DNA of 64,000 bases from an uncultured Candidatus Binatia bacterium (GCA_965215605.1 OZ244070.1:1216001-1280000), one strand, 5' to 3'. Shown: positions 47,881 through 57,927, counted from the first letter of the stretch. Notes: a model not told the origin generated them from the sequence alone. Made by a program: numbers and translations.

Positions 47881-48647
47881 CCTCGGCTCCCTTCTGTCGG
47901 CGCAACGATCAGACTGCGCACGGGCCTTGCTCGGGTGGATAGACCGATCCGGAAGTACCGTAGGTACTCCGTGGCCGGCATGTGGGTCGTTCCCTCCCGG
48001 CGCCTGCGCCAGTGTGTCTGGACCTCCGCCACCCGGGCGCCGCATCGCAGCGGCGTGACCAGCGCCTCGAAGAAGAACGCGTGGCCTGTCTCGCGCCACG
48101 CATAGCGACGCAGTTCCCGCGCTCGATAGAGCCTGAAGCCGAAGGTCATGTCGGTCAGCCTGACACCGTAGAGGGCCGAGAACATCAACTGAAACAGCCA
48201 GTTGCACACCCGCTTCAGCGGCGAGTAGTCGCCGAAGCGGCCACCGCCGAGCCAGCGGGACGTGGCGACGATATCCACGTCACCGACTCGCGCGCGTTCG
48301 ATCATCTCCGGTGCCGTTCCGGGGTGCGTTTCCAGGTCGGCCGCCATGAGCAGTATCCAGGGCGAACGCATCAGCGGGATGCATTCTCGATTTGCGCCGC
48401 CCGCGCCGCGGAGTTCCGTCTGTTCGTGATGGCGCACGATAGCTGGATGCACGGCTTCCAGTTCGGCGATCACCGCCCGACACGCCGGCGTGGTATGCGA
48501 CGCGATGCCGATCATGATCTCGTGGATGGCGTCAGCGTTTTCGCGGAGCAGGGTATCGACGGTTTCGCGCAGAGACCAGGTTTCATCGATTGCAGTGATG
48601 ATGACGCCCACGTCGGGAAGGGCGCGAGGCGGAGGAGCGTCAGCCAT
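47862..48647 (-). CDS. GT2 glycosyltransferase (polyprenyl-phosphate sugar synthase-like)
   Basis: VIITAIDE, LMAADLETHP, DIVATSRW, LTDMTFGFRLY. Confidence 0.8.
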   Translation of the reverse strand: MADAPPPRALPDVGVIITAIDETWSLRETVDTLLRENADAIHEIMIGIASHTTPACRAVIAELEAVHPAIVRHHEQTELRGAGGANRECIPLMRSPWILLMAADLETHPGTAPEMIERARVGDVDIVATSRWLGGGRFGDYSPLKRVCNWLFQLMFSALYGVRLTDMTFGFRLYRARELRRYAWRETGHAFFFEALVTPLRCGARVAEVQTHWRRRREGTTHMPATEYLRYFRIGLSTRARPVRSLIVAPTEGSRGCPRPH

Positions 48648-49596
48648 TTCGAACCATGGACTCGATCCAGCGATAGGTGGGGGCGAGACCGTCCTTGAGC
48701 AGGGTGGGCGGTTCCCAACCCAGCACCTCGCGCAGCAGCGTGTTGTCCGAGTTGCGGCCGCGCACTCCCTGTGGACCGTCAATATGCTCGACCGTGACGT
48801 TCCTTTTACCGCTTATGTCGATGATGATCTTGGCGAGACCGTTGATGGTGACCATCTCATCGGAGCCGAGGTTGAGCGGGTCGGCGTGGCCGGACTCCAT
48901 CACACGGTGCAGGCCCTCGATGCAATCGTCGATGTAGCAGAAGCTTCGAGTCTGCAGGCCGTCGCCCCATATCTCGATGCTGCCGCCGCTGCGGGCCATG
49001 GCGACCTTGCGGCACAGCGCGGCGGGCGCTTTCTCCCGGCCTCCGTCGAAGGTCCCGAGCGGTCCGTAGATGTTGTGGAAGCGGACGATGCGGGTTTCGA
49101 TGCCAAAATCCGCAGAGAAGTAATCGAGCGCCCGTTCAGCGATGAGCTTCTCCCATCCGTAGGCGTCCTGCGGCGCCGCCGGGTAAGCGTCCGCCTCCTT
49201 GAGCGGCGCTACGTCGGTCCGGGTCTGGAGCGACTCCGGGTAGACGCAGGCGGACGAGCTGAAGAGGTATCGGCGGACGCCGTTCTCCCGCGCGGCGTCC
49301 AGCGTATGGAGGTTGATGAGCGCGTTGTTCCGCAGGACGCGGGCGTGGTTGGACGACAGGTACCCCATTCCACCCATGTCCGCCGCGAGAGCATAGACCG
49401 CGTCAATGTCTCTCGTGGCTCGAAGGCAGTTCTCCCAACGCCGCAGGTCGAGCAGCTCGAACTCGTCGGCGTCGGAAACGGTGAACTCCGGTCGTTTGAT
49501 GTCCACACCGCGGACCCAGTGCCCAAGCCTCTTGAGGTGGGTGACGAGGTGGTGGCCGATGAAACCGCCGGCGCCGGTCACGAGAAATCGGTTCAT
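48640..49596 (-). CDS. GDP-mannose 3',5'-epimerase-like extended SDR
   Basis: TGAGGFIG, AADMGGMG, SSSACVYP, YGWEK, GGREKAPAALCRK, GVRGRNSDN. Confidence 0.85.
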   Translation of the reverse strand: MNRFLVTGAGGFIGHHLVTHLKRLGHWVRGVDIKRPEFTVSDADEFELLDLRRWENCLRATRDIDAVYALAADMGGMGYLSSNHARVLRNNALINLHTLDAARENGVRRYLFSSSACVYPESLQTRTDVAPLKEADAYPAAPQDAYGWEKLIAERALDYFSADFGIETRIVRFHNIYGPLGTFDGGREKAPAALCRKVAMARSGGSIEIWGDGLQTRSFCYIDDCIEGLHRVMESGHADPLNLGSDEMVTINGLAKIIIDISGKRNVTVEHIDGPQGVRGRNSDNTLLREVLGWEPPTLLKDGLAPTYRWIESMVRNG

Positions 49597-49619
49597 GTCG
49601 CTTGTACCTCGGGTCAAGG

Positions 49620-51497
49620 TTAGGGGATACGCTGACGCAATACCCCATCCGCTCGCTGATCGCGAATCAGGTGGCAATGCAAGGGTAAAGCATCAGTGCC
49701 TTTGCCGTGAGTCGGCACACTGCCAAGCTCCTGCTCCAGGAACAACTGAAGGCTCCTGTCCGCAAAAGTAACCCCGCTCTCCCTCGGAGTCCAGGCCCCG
49801 TGAAGCAATTCATCGTACAGTCCGAGATTCACCCTGATTATCTCCTTGAACCGGTTCGCGCTCAGAAGCCGCTCACCGCCAGTGACCACACGGAGGCTGC
49901 GGAAGTAACGGTTCAACCCGGCGTCTACAAAGGCTTGTGATCGTGACGCGGTCGACTCGGCCAGTCCCGTCGGCCGAACGCGCACGTAGTGGCCCGGGCG
50001 CCATACCGTCACAGGCAAACTTGCCATGAACTTGTCGCCCAGACCCCAGACGTCGAGAAAATTCTGCTCAAGCCGGGCACTGTACGGTGTCATGCCAAGA
50101 TTGCAGACGTGGAAAGTCGCCTGCTTCGAGTCGCGAAGCAGAGAGCCGAGTCGCACCGTCACATCGTCCGGGTACGTGGTCCCGGCTCCCACGGACCGCC
50201 ACCAGACCGTAATCCCCGTCTTCGGATGCCACGCGGCTCTCTCGTTCGCAATCCCGGTCGGGTATGTCGCGAAATCCAGGACGGTCTCCGCGTAGACGAC
50301 CGGTCCTGTGAGTGGTGAGTGCGGCCACAGACCGATCCAGACAACCAGGGCGGTAATCGAGAGTGCGCGCAGGCATCGCCATCGTCCCGGTTCCAGTCGC
50401 CCGCGTAGGTGTGTTTCCCAGTGGCTGCTCATACCTGCAAGGAGAGCGATCAGTATGACGTATGGGACAGTAAAGAAGCGCCCGCCCATGTAGTCAGCCC
50501 CGACGAAGATAACATACAGCAGAGCCAACCCAATGGCAGCGGCTATGACTCGTGCTGGACCACGCCCAAACCAGAGCAACTGGGATCCGAAAAGGACCAC
50601 CATCATCACGGTGTCCTTGTGTATGGAGAAACGGTAATAGTCCAATGCAGACAAGAGACGGAACGCCAAGCCAGGAAGACCGGCGTCCGCCGGCAGCTTG
50701 GCGTAGGCCGAGGCCGGCAAGGGGAACCCGAAGTAGATAAGGGAGAACAGCGTCCAGAGGAAAAGCGGGGCCAGCATCCAGCCAATGGACCGAGTGAGTC
50801 CCTTCGCTCCCAAGCGTGCGCGGTTGTCCCAGAGCGCCCAGGCAGCAAGGGGCCAGGCGAGCATGACGAAGTCGTGACGATAGAGCGGCGCGACAGCGAT
50901 CAGGGCAACGAACCAGCGCCAATGGAACCGGTCCGGAGGCTCCCCGTGGCGCAGATCCGGATACATCCGCAGCCAGATCAGGACAATGGCCGCGGCCAGC
51001 ACATGGCCGATCGGGTTCTCCTGACCGAACCACGAGTAGTCGAAGTGGGCCTTGGACGCGAACAGCAGGCCGAGTGCCAGGAACCACGCTCGGACGTCCT
51101 TGCCGGCCAGCACCCAGAGGAGCCAAAGCAGCGCGGCGTTGCAGGTCAGCGCGACGATGGCGTGTAGGATAAAAGGGTCCGACGTGAGGACGCGGAGCGG
51201 CAAAAGGACGAAGAAGTAGATCACTGAGGTGCTGAGAAAGGAGCGTTCGTACAGGTTGAACCGAATGCCGTTTCCGGCAAACACCTGCTCTACCTGCCGC
51301 AGGGTGATGAAGTAGTCGTCGGAGAGCCAAGCGCATTTGAGGAGCGTGACAAAGTAGACTACCACGCCAAGTGCCACCAACCAGTGGGCTCCCGGCGCCA
51401 GCCAACCGTTGCTCTTGGTGGGAGTGGGCACTCTCGCAACCTTGCTTGATCTCACGGTTTTCTGAACGTCAAGCCAGGCTGATGCCCAGGTGACCAA
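49620..51497 (-). CDS. AftB-like (arabinofuranosyltransferase-type) GT-C membrane glycosyltransferase
   Basis: WLSDDYFITLR...GNGIRFNLYERSFLSTS, GQEN, RHD, YFGFPLPASAYAK, GADYMGGRF, PGH. Confidence 0.72.
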   Translation of the reverse strand: MVTWASAWLDVQKTVRSSKVARVPTPTKSNGWLAPGAHWLVALGVVVYFVTLLKCAWLSDDYFITLRQVEQVFAGNGIRFNLYERSFLSTSVIYFFVLLPLRVLTSDPFILHAIVALTCNAALLWLLWVLAGKDVRAWFLALGLLFASKAHFDYSWFGQENPIGHVLAAAIVLIWLRMYPDLRHGEPPDRFHWRWFVALIAVAPLYRHDFVMLAWPLAAWALWDNRARLGAKGLTRSIGWMLAPLFLWTLFSLIYFGFPLPASAYAKLPADAGLPGLAFRLLSALDYYRFSIHKDTVMMVVLFGSQLLWFGRGPARVIAAAIGLALLYVIFVGADYMGGRFFTVPYVILIALLAGMSSHWETHLRGRLEPGRWRCLRALSITALVVWIGLWPHSPLTGPVVYAETVLDFATYPTGIANERAAWHPKTGITVWWRSVGAGTTYPDDVTVRLGSLLRDSKQATFHVCNLGMTPYSARLEQNFLDVWGLGDKFMASLPVTVWRPGHYVRVRPTGLAESTASRSQAFVDAGLNRYFRSLRVVTGGERLLSANRFKEIIRVNLGLYDELLHGAWTPRESGVTFADRSLQLFLEQELGSVPTHGKGTDALPLHCHLIRDQRADGVLRQRIP

Positions 51498-51646
51498 GAG
51501 GTCGATGTTCCGTTTGCCGGTGTCATTCGTGGGTCATGGGGACTGGCACGGATACCTTGTCAGAGCCGTTTTCTGCCTAACCTGATCGGCCCAACTACAT
51601 CTTGGCACATGTAACAGTTCATGCCGGCCTCGCCAACTCGTTGCTT

Positions 51647-51703
51647 GCCGGGTTCCGGGCCCTCAAGGAGCGTTTGGCAGCGGACACCGAGTCGACGACG
51701 TAG
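51647..51703 (+). pseudogene. Extreme 3' remnant of an Rpn gene
   Basis: Encodes AGFRALKERLAADTESTT*, nearly identical to the Rpn C-termini at 56561/57927/58284. Confidence 0.75.
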
Positions 51704-51849
51704 CCTGCAGCCGTTAAAAGTCATTCACCCGTTCGTTGACTATCCGACACGTCCAGCCAAACCGGTCCGCGGTCGCCACCACATTTGCTACGAACAGTCG
51801 GAGATAGTCTACCCACCTCTCGGATCCAAAGGCCGCCGCTACCTGTTCG

Positions 51850-52830
51850 TCACGCGGTGGAACCCATGCAACGGCGGGACAGATGCAGAAAAAACGGCAC
51901 GCTCAGCGCCGCGGAGTACCAAAGCGTGCTCACGCGCATGATTCCGACCATCGCCATGGCGCTTGCAGTCGAGTTGCCGGCGACACCGGCGATGAGCAGG
52001 GCCATCGTGAGTTCCTGACTGCCAATGCCTCCGGGGAGGAAGGTGATGACTCCCGCGACGTTGCCGAGGCCAAGGGCCGCCATCGCCGCCCGTAGCGGTA
52101 GCTCTCCTCCGATCACCGGCATGAGCATGTGCAATGCGACGGCCTCCATGCTCCATGCAAGCAGGCTCAATGACAGGAGCCTGACCAAGAGGGCCGGCTT
52201 CAGCAGCAGCGCGACGTTGCGGCAGACGGACAGCAGCAGCGCGAACCGACGCGGTCTTCGGCGGCCGGTTGCTGCCCAGAGTGCCTTGATCGCGCGTCGT
52301 GCCCAGCCCGGCAACGCCATGAGCATCACCAGTGCCGAGGCTGCAGCCAGACTCGGCGTCGCCAACCACCCGGGACCCGCGCCGAGCCCCAACCCCGCGC
52401 CCGCGAAAAGCAGGAGGGCGCAGAGATCGAGCAACCGATCACAGATCAGCAGTGGCAGGGTGCGGCGGTATCTCACCCGCCACAGGCGCCAGAGCACCCA
52501 ACTACGCCACAGCTCTCCGATGCGTCCAGGCGTGAGGTTCATGAGGAAGCCGCCGACATAGACCGTCGCGAGGCTGTTGGCCCGGACATCGAGGCCCGCC
52601 GTGTGAGCCAGCAACAACCACCGTGCCACCCGTACCGCAAAGCCGGCGGACGCAAAGGCCATAAAGGCCGGAACGACCCACCAAGGGGTCGCCGCAAGGA
52701 TAAGGCGCAGATCGGCTCTGAATGCGAGCAGGGACAGAGCCGCCAGCGCATAGACACCCAACAGGACTCCCAGCCAACGACCTGCGCGCGACCGGAAGGC
52801 GTCTCCGGCGCCACGGTGGCCAACGTCCAT
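51850..52830 (-). CDS. Lysylphosphatidylglycerol-synthase TM domain (flippase-like, YbhN/AglD2-type) protein
   Basis: RVARW, NLTPGRIGELWR, DRLLD, LPGGIGSQE; multi-TM. Confidence 0.8.
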   Translation of the reverse strand: MDVGHRGAGDAFRSRAGRWLGVLLGVYALAALSLLAFRADLRLILAATPWWVVPAFMAFASAGFAVRVARWLLLAHTAGLDVRANSLATVYVGGFLMNLTPGRIGELWRSWVLWRLWRVRYRRTLPLLICDRLLDLCALLLFAGAGLGLGAGPGWLATPSLAAASALVMLMALPGWARRAIKALWAATGRRRPRRFALLLSVCRNVALLLKPALLVRLLSLSLLAWSMEAVALHMLMPVIGGELPLRAAMAALGLGNVAGVITFLPGGIGSQELTMALLIAGVAGNSTASAMAMVGIMRVSTLWYSAALSVPFFLHLSRRCMGSTA

Positions 52831-52843
52831 CTTCGGATGTACC

Positions 52844-53050
52844 TCAGTGCCAGACAGGAAGCTCGGCCCAAATGCGATAACCCGAGAAAAGGGCGGCCAG
52901 TGCACCTTCACCCTCCGTTCGCACCTCCCCGCCAGTGGAGTGGACTTGGCCAGCCGGCAGCTCGAGTTGATCGCAGATTTCAAGAGTACATGCGGCGAAG
53001 GTGTGGTGGCCGATGAAGCCGCCGGCGCCGGTCACGAGAAATCGGTTCAT
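52844..53050 (-). pseudogene. Deletion fusion of epimerase 5' end and RGP-like 3' end
   Basis: MNRFLVTGAGGFIGHH joined in frame to TFAACTLEICDQLE...IWAELPVWH. Confidence 0.85.
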
Positions 53051-53073
53051 GTCGCTTGCACCTCGGCTCAAGG

Positions 53074-53203
53074 TTAGTTCAGGCGATACGCTGGCGCAAC
53101 AGGACACGCCCTCCCCTCCCTCGGGTCCAGGCGCCGTGTAACAACTCGTGGTACAGCCCGAGATTAGCCCTGACAATCTCCTTGATTCGGTTCGTGCTGA
53201 GAA
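53074..53203 (-). pseudogene. 3' remnant of a second AftB-like gene
   Basis: LSTNRIKEIVRANLGLYHELLHGAWT vs LSANRFKEIIRVNLGLYDELLHGAWT in 49620-51497. Confidence 0.75.
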
Positions 53204-53217
53204 GGGGCTCGCCGCCC

Positions 53218-53244
53218 CTGGATTCCAGCTTTCGCGGGAACGAC
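53218..53244. repeat. Degenerate REP-like element at the start of the duplicated rpn leader (copy 1)
   Basis: CTGGATTCCAGCTTTCGCGGGAACGAC; related copy at 56753-56779. Confidence 0.5.
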
Positions 53245-53987
53245 GCTTTGAGGTGGCGGTGCCGTTTCCCGTTCGAGTGAAGTCCTGACCGGGACTTTAC
53301 TGCGGAACTGCCCGAAACCCCGTGGACGACTCACCCGGACCGCAACCTGAACCTAAAGTTTCGCGGCGCTCTGCCGATTCCTGTCTACAGGACAGGGATG
53401 TTTCCAATCCCCGTCACGCTCGTTCACGTCGGGGAGGGTCCTGTATGGCGGCGGAAATCGAACACCCGCATGACCGGCTGTTCCGCGCCGTCTTCTCCGA
53501 CGCCGCGGAAACCGCCGACTTGCTCCGCTCGGCCCTGCCACTGGACGTCTCGGACAAGGTCCATTGGGACAGCCTCCGGCTCATCGACGGCACCTTCATC
53601 GACAACGCCCTGCGGGAGAGCGAAACCGATCTGCTCTTCGAGGCCGGCTATGGGGAGGAAGTACGCCCGGTGCGGCTCTATCTGCTGTTCGAGCACCAAT
53701 CGACTCCCGATGCGTGGATGCCGTTCCGGTTGCTCAAGTATTGCTTCCGCATCTGGGATGCGGAACTGCGGGACGAGCCCGGGCTCACGAAACTGTCGCC
53801 CATCGTACCGTTGGTATTGTACCAAGGGAGCCGGCGGTGGCAGCATTCTACGGAGTTTGCGGACCTGTGTTGGTGGCAACTGTAAATTTCCCATTTATGG
53901 CAATCGAAAACTGCACACATTGATTGCTGGCGTGAGTGCTCGGGTCCAGGCTGTTGGCAAGACCAACAGGAACGGAGCGGAGCACAG

Positions 53988-55010
53988 ATGCACGGATGGG
54001 AGACGAGGATGCTGCTTAGGCACTATCTGGAACGGGGTGTAACGAAGACGGAGCTGTCGCGGCGGTTCGGGGTGAGTCGCCGGACGATCCACGAGTGGAT
54101 CGAGACAGGACAGTTGGACCGGGATCTGTCGGGAGGCGGGACGCGATACAGGGCGAGGCCGCCGGTGTGTCACAAGCTGGATCCGTACAAGGGGATCATC
54201 GAGGCGCGACTGGAGGAGTATCCGCGGTTGTCGGCGAAGCGGCTGTACGACGAGGTACGAGGGGCAGGCTACACGGGCGGGTACGTCCGTGTGAGGGAGT
54301 ACGTTCGGGCGGTGCGGCCAAGGGAGCCGGCGGAGGCGGTGGTGCGGTTCGAGACGCCGGCGGGACGGCAGGGGCAGGTGGACTTTGCGACGTTCACGCT
54401 TCCCTGGGGGCGGCGGCATGCTTTGGTGATGGTTCTGAGCCACTCCCGGCTGTTGTGGCTGCGGTTTTACCGGCGGCAGACGATGGCAGTGCTGATCGAA
54501 GGGCTGGAGAGCGCCTTCGAGTGCTTCGGCGGGGTGCCGCAGGAGCTCTTGTTCGACCAGATGCGGACGGTGGTGCTGTCGGACGGCCGCGCGGGCGGGG
54601 GCGAGTTGGTGTTGAACGCGGACTTCTTGCGGTTCGCCGCGCACTGGGGGTTCCGGCCTCGGGCATGCCGGCCGTACCGAGCCCAAACCAAGGGCAAGGT
54701 GGAGCGGCCGATCCGCTACATCCGCAACAACTTCTTCTACGGCCGGGAGTTCCTGAACGACGAGGACCTGAACGAGCAGGCGCGCTTGTGGCTTGAGGGA
54801 ACCGCGAACCGGCGCTGGCACGGCACCACCAGGGAGCGCCCGGTGGACCGCTTCGAGCGCGACGAGCAGCAGGCGCTGCTGCCGTTGGCGAGTTGCCCGT
54901 ATCGGCGCCTTGGTATGCACAGGCTTCCACAGCAAGCCCGGCGCCCCCTGCCCGTCACCGTAGACGTCGAGCGGCGCTCGCTCAGGGTCTACGCGGAGGC
55001 GGTGTCATGA
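53988..55010 (+). CDS. istA: IS21 transposase IstA
   Basis: RFETPAGRQGQVDF, LLFDQM, QTKGKVER. Confidence 0.93.
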   Translation: MHGWETRMLLRHYLERGVTKTELSRRFGVSRRTIHEWIETGQLDRDLSGGGTRYRARPPVCHKLDPYKGIIEARLEEYPRLSAKRLYDEVRGAGYTGGYVRVREYVRAVRPREPAEAVVRFETPAGRQGQVDFATFTLPWGRRHALVMVLSHSRLLWLRFYRRQTMAVLIEGLESAFECFGGVPQELLFDQMRTVVLSDGRAGGGELVLNADFLRFAAHWGFRPRACRPYRAQTKGKVERPIRYIRNNFFYGREFLNDEDLNEQARLWLEGTANRRWHGTTRERPVDRFERDEQQALLPLASCPYRRLGMHRLPQQARRPLPVTVDVERRSLRVYAEAVS

Positions 55011-55804
55011 GGGCCGAGGCAGGCAACCGGCGCGACCGGCTGCGGGCGATGCTGGCGGATCTGAAGATGCCGGGCGCGCTCGAGGCCGTCGACGACGTCC
55101 TGGCCCAGGCCGACAGCGGGGCGGCCACCGCCAGCGAGGCTATCGAGCAGTTGTTGGACGCCCAGATCGGGTTGCGCAACAACCGCCGCCTCCAGACCGC
55201 CATGCGCTCGTCGCGGCTGCCGGCCGTGAAGACCCTGGCCCAGTTCGACTTCGCCTTCCAGCCCAGCATCAAGCGCGAGCAGATCGAGAGCCTCCACGAA
55301 CTCGGCTTCCTGGATCGCCGCGAAAACGTCATTTTTCTCGGGCCGCCCGGGGTCGGCAAGACTCATCTGGCTATCAGCCTAGCCGTCGCCGCCGCCGAAT
55401 CCGGCCGCCGCGTCTACTACGGAACCCTGGCCGGACTGATCGAGTCGCTGCTGGAGGCCAAGGCCGCAGGCGAGCTCTCCCGCCGGCTGCGGGTCCTCAC
55501 CTATCCCGCCTTGCTCTTGGTGGACGAGATCGGCTACCTGCCGGTTACCCAGGACGGCGCCGTGCTCTTCTTCCAGCTCATCAACGCCAGGCACGAACGC
55601 GCCTCCACCGTGCTCACCTCCAACAAGGGCTTCGAGGACTGGGGCAGCGTCCTCGGCGACGAGGTCATGGCTGCTGCCCTCATCGACCGGCTCCTCCACC
55701 ACTGCCACATCGTCAACATCCGCGGCAACAGCTACAGGATGCGCGAACACCGCAACCTCATGCGGTCAGCCGACGAGCAGCCTCGCCAGGGAGGCGTCCT
55801 GTGA
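55007..55804 (+). CDS. istB: IS21 helper ATPase IstB
   Basis: FDFAFQP, GPPGVGKT, LLVDEIGY, TSNK, IDRLLHH, GNSYR; ATGA overlap with istA. Confidence 0.95.
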   Translation: MRAEAGNRRDRLRAMLADLKMPGALEAVDDVLAQADSGAATASEAIEQLLDAQIGLRNNRRLQTAMRSSRLPAVKTLAQFDFAFQPSIKREQIESLHELGFLDRRENVIFLGPPGVGKTHLAISLAVAAAESGRRVYYGTLAGLIESLLEAKAAGELSRRLRVLTYPALLLVDEIGYLPVTQDGAVLFFQLINARHERASTVLTSNKGFEDWGSVLGDEVMAAALIDRLLHHCHIVNIRGNSYRMREHRNLMRSADEQPRQGGVL

Positions 55805-56312
55805 GCGCCATGTCCTGCCGATCTGCAACCCGTCATGGCCTGGACTCCGCTCGCTCCGCTCCCTCCGTCCAGACCATGACCCATGAACCGAACCAACCGC
55901 AGAGCGTCACTTCTGCACGGACGCTCTTCTCGAAAGTGTGCAGTTTTCGATTGCCAAATGTGTGCAGTTTTCGGTTGCCATTGACAACCTGTTCCGAGAG
56001 GAGGTTCGGGGATGGCCGTGGGTGCCCCGGTTCGAGCACCTGCTGTTGGACCAGACGGAGATGGAGCCCGGCGGTGTGGAGGGTGGAGTGGCGGGCCGCA
56101 TCGCGCAGTTGTTGATGATGGCCGCGTCCGGAAGGCATGCTCGGGAGGCGTTGGAAGGGGCTGCGGGGCTGCTGGCGTCGCTGGTTCCGGGTGGCGCGGG
56201 AAGCCCATTTGGGATATTCGTTCTATATGTGATGGCAACACAGGACCGCGCGACGTGGGAGACCTTCACCACTGCGCTGAAGCGGCGTGAAAGCGGCCAG
56301 GAAGGAGACACC

Positions 56313-56561
56313 ATGGCATATGCTCACGAACTTCTCGCGGAAGGCCGGGAGCAGGGCCTCGAAGAAGGCATGCAACAGGGCATGCAGCAGGGCATGCAAC
56401 GGGGAATGCTACAGGGCGTGCAACGCGGCAAGGTGGAGACGGTGGAGGGCTTTTTGAAGGCCGGGGCGACATGGGAGATGATCGAGTCGGCCACCGGGCT
56501 CGACGAAGCCGGGTTCCGAGCCCTCAAGGAGCGGTTGGCGGCGGACACCGAGTCAAAGTGA
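56313..56561 (+). CDS. Putative intragenic antitoxin RpnS of copy 1
   Basis: In-frame ATG with GGAAGGAG RBS; MAYAHELLAEGREQ followed by Gxxx repeats. Confidence 0.65.
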   Translation: MAYAHELLAEGREQGLEEGMQQGMQQGMQRGMLQGVQRGKVETVEGFLKAGATWEMIESATGLDEAGFRALKERLAADTESK

Positions 56562-56994
56562 CCGGGAACCGTTCACTGGCTCCAACACAGGACGTTGGCG
56601 GGACGACCCGCTGTCTGGAATACCCCTTTTGCCGTCTCGCTGACCCGTAAACCGGGATCACCTCACTTATCGGCGTTAGTGCAGTTGGCCGCCACGATGC
56701 AGCCGGCGCAACAGCGCTGCCACCCTGTCCCTTGCAACTGCCATTTGCGCCCCTGGATTCCCCCTTTCGCCGAAATGACCGTTAGGGGTGGCTGCGCGCT
56801 GGGGTGCCCGGACGCTTCCCCGTTGGAGTGGGGTCTTGGCACAGACTGACCGGCGGAAACACCCGAGCCCTCCTCGACGTGTAGCCCGGACCAGCACCCA
56901 ACCTAAAGTTCCGCCGCACGGTGCCGATTCACAAGTACAGGACAGGGATGCTTCCAATCCCCGTCACTCTCGTTCACGTCCGGGAGGGTCCTGT

Positions 56995-57927
56995 ATGGCG
57001 GCAGAAATCGAACACCCCCATGACCGGCTGTTCCGTGCGGTCTTCTCCGATGCCGCCGAAACCGCCAGCCTGCTCCGCTCGGCCCTGCCACGGGACGTCT
57101 CGGACAAGGTCCATTGGGACAGCCTCCGGCTCATCGACGGCACCTTCATCGACGACGCCCTGCGGGAGAGCGAAACCGATCTGCTCTTCGAGGCGGGCTA
57201 TGGGGACAAAATATACCCGGTGCGGCTTTACCTGCTGTTCGAGCACCAATCGACTCCCGATGCGTGGATGCGGTTCCGATTGCTGAAGTATTGTTGCCGC
57301 ATCTGGGATGCGGAACAACGGGACGAGCCCGGGCTCACGAAATTGTCGCCCATCCTGCCGTTGGTCTTGTACCAAGGGAGCCGAGAGTGGCAGCATTCTA
57401 AAGAGTTTGCGGACCTGTTCCGAGAGGAGGTTCGGGGATGGCCGTGGGTGCCCCGGTTCGAGCACGTGCTGTTGGACCAGACGGAGTTGGAGCCCGAAAG
57501 CGTGGAAGGCGGGGTGGCGGGCCGCATCGCGCAGTTGTTGATGATGGCCGCGGCCGGAAGGCATGCTCGGGCGGCATTGGAAGGGGCTGCGAGGCTGCTG
57601 GCGTCGCTGGGTTCGGGTGGCGCGGGAAGCCCATTTGGGATATTCGTTCTATATGTGATGGCAACACAGGACCACGCGACGTGGGAGACCTTCACCACGG
57701 CGCTGAAGCGGCGTGAAAGCGGTCAGGAAGGAGACACCATGGCATATGCTCACGAACTTCTGGCGGAAGGCCGGGAGCAAGGCGCGCAACACACCAAGGT
57801 GGAGATGGTGGAGGGCTTTTTGAAGGCCGGAGTGACCTGGGACGTGATCGAGTCGGCCACCGGGCTCGACGAAGCCAGGTTCCGGACTCTCAAGGAGCGT
57901 CTGGCAGCGGACACCGAGTCAAAGTGA
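56995..57927 (+). CDS. Rpn-family nuclease copy 2 (intact)
   Basis: Same motifs as copy 1, uninterrupted; internal RBS+ATG at 57739. Confidence 0.9.
   Translation: MAAEIEHPHDRLFRAVFSDAAETASLLRSALPRDVSDKVHWDSLRLIDGTFIDDALRESETDLLFEAGYGDKIYPVRLYLLFEHQSTPDAWMRFRLLKYCCRIWDAEQRDEPGLTKLSPILPLVLYQGSREWQHSKEFADLFREEVRGWPWVPRFEHVLLDQTELEPESVEGGVAGRIAQLLMMAAAGRHARAALEGAARLLASLGSGGAGSPFGIFVLYVMATQDHATWETFTTALKRRESGQEGDTMAYAHELLAEGREQGAQHTKVEMVEGFLKAGVTWDVIESATGLDEARFRTLKERLAADTESK
57739..57927 (+). CDS. Putative intragenic antitoxin RpnS of copy 2
   Basis: GGAAGGAGACACC-ATG in frame; only a short EGREQGAQH repeat region. Confidence 0.65.
   Translation: MAYAHELLAEGREQGAQHTKVEMVEGFLKAGVTWDVIESATGLDEARFRTLKERLAADTESK

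Larger units (their letters stand above)
53868..55986 (+). mobile_element. IS21-family insertion sequence (2119 bp)
   Basis: TG...CA ends, repeated TGGCAATCGAAAACTGCACAC sub-terminal units at both ends, 5-bp target duplication ACCTG (53863-53867, 55987-55991). Confidence 0.95.
53445..56561 (+). pseudogene. Rpn-family (PD-(D/E)XK, Transposase_31) nuclease copy 1, interrupted by IS21
   Basis: HPHDRLFRAVFS, ETDLLF, LFEHQS, PLVLYQG; the frame resumes after the IS (DLFREEVRGW...). Confidence 0.9.

Noticed and set aside
51544-51620. Two TGGCAC hexamers as possible sigma54 promoters
   Set aside because: Neither has TTGC at the required spacing.
53445-57927. Rpn genes as true transposases or IS elements
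   Set aside because: No terminal repeats or target duplications; the 'putative transposase' family name refers to PD-(D/E)XK nucleases.
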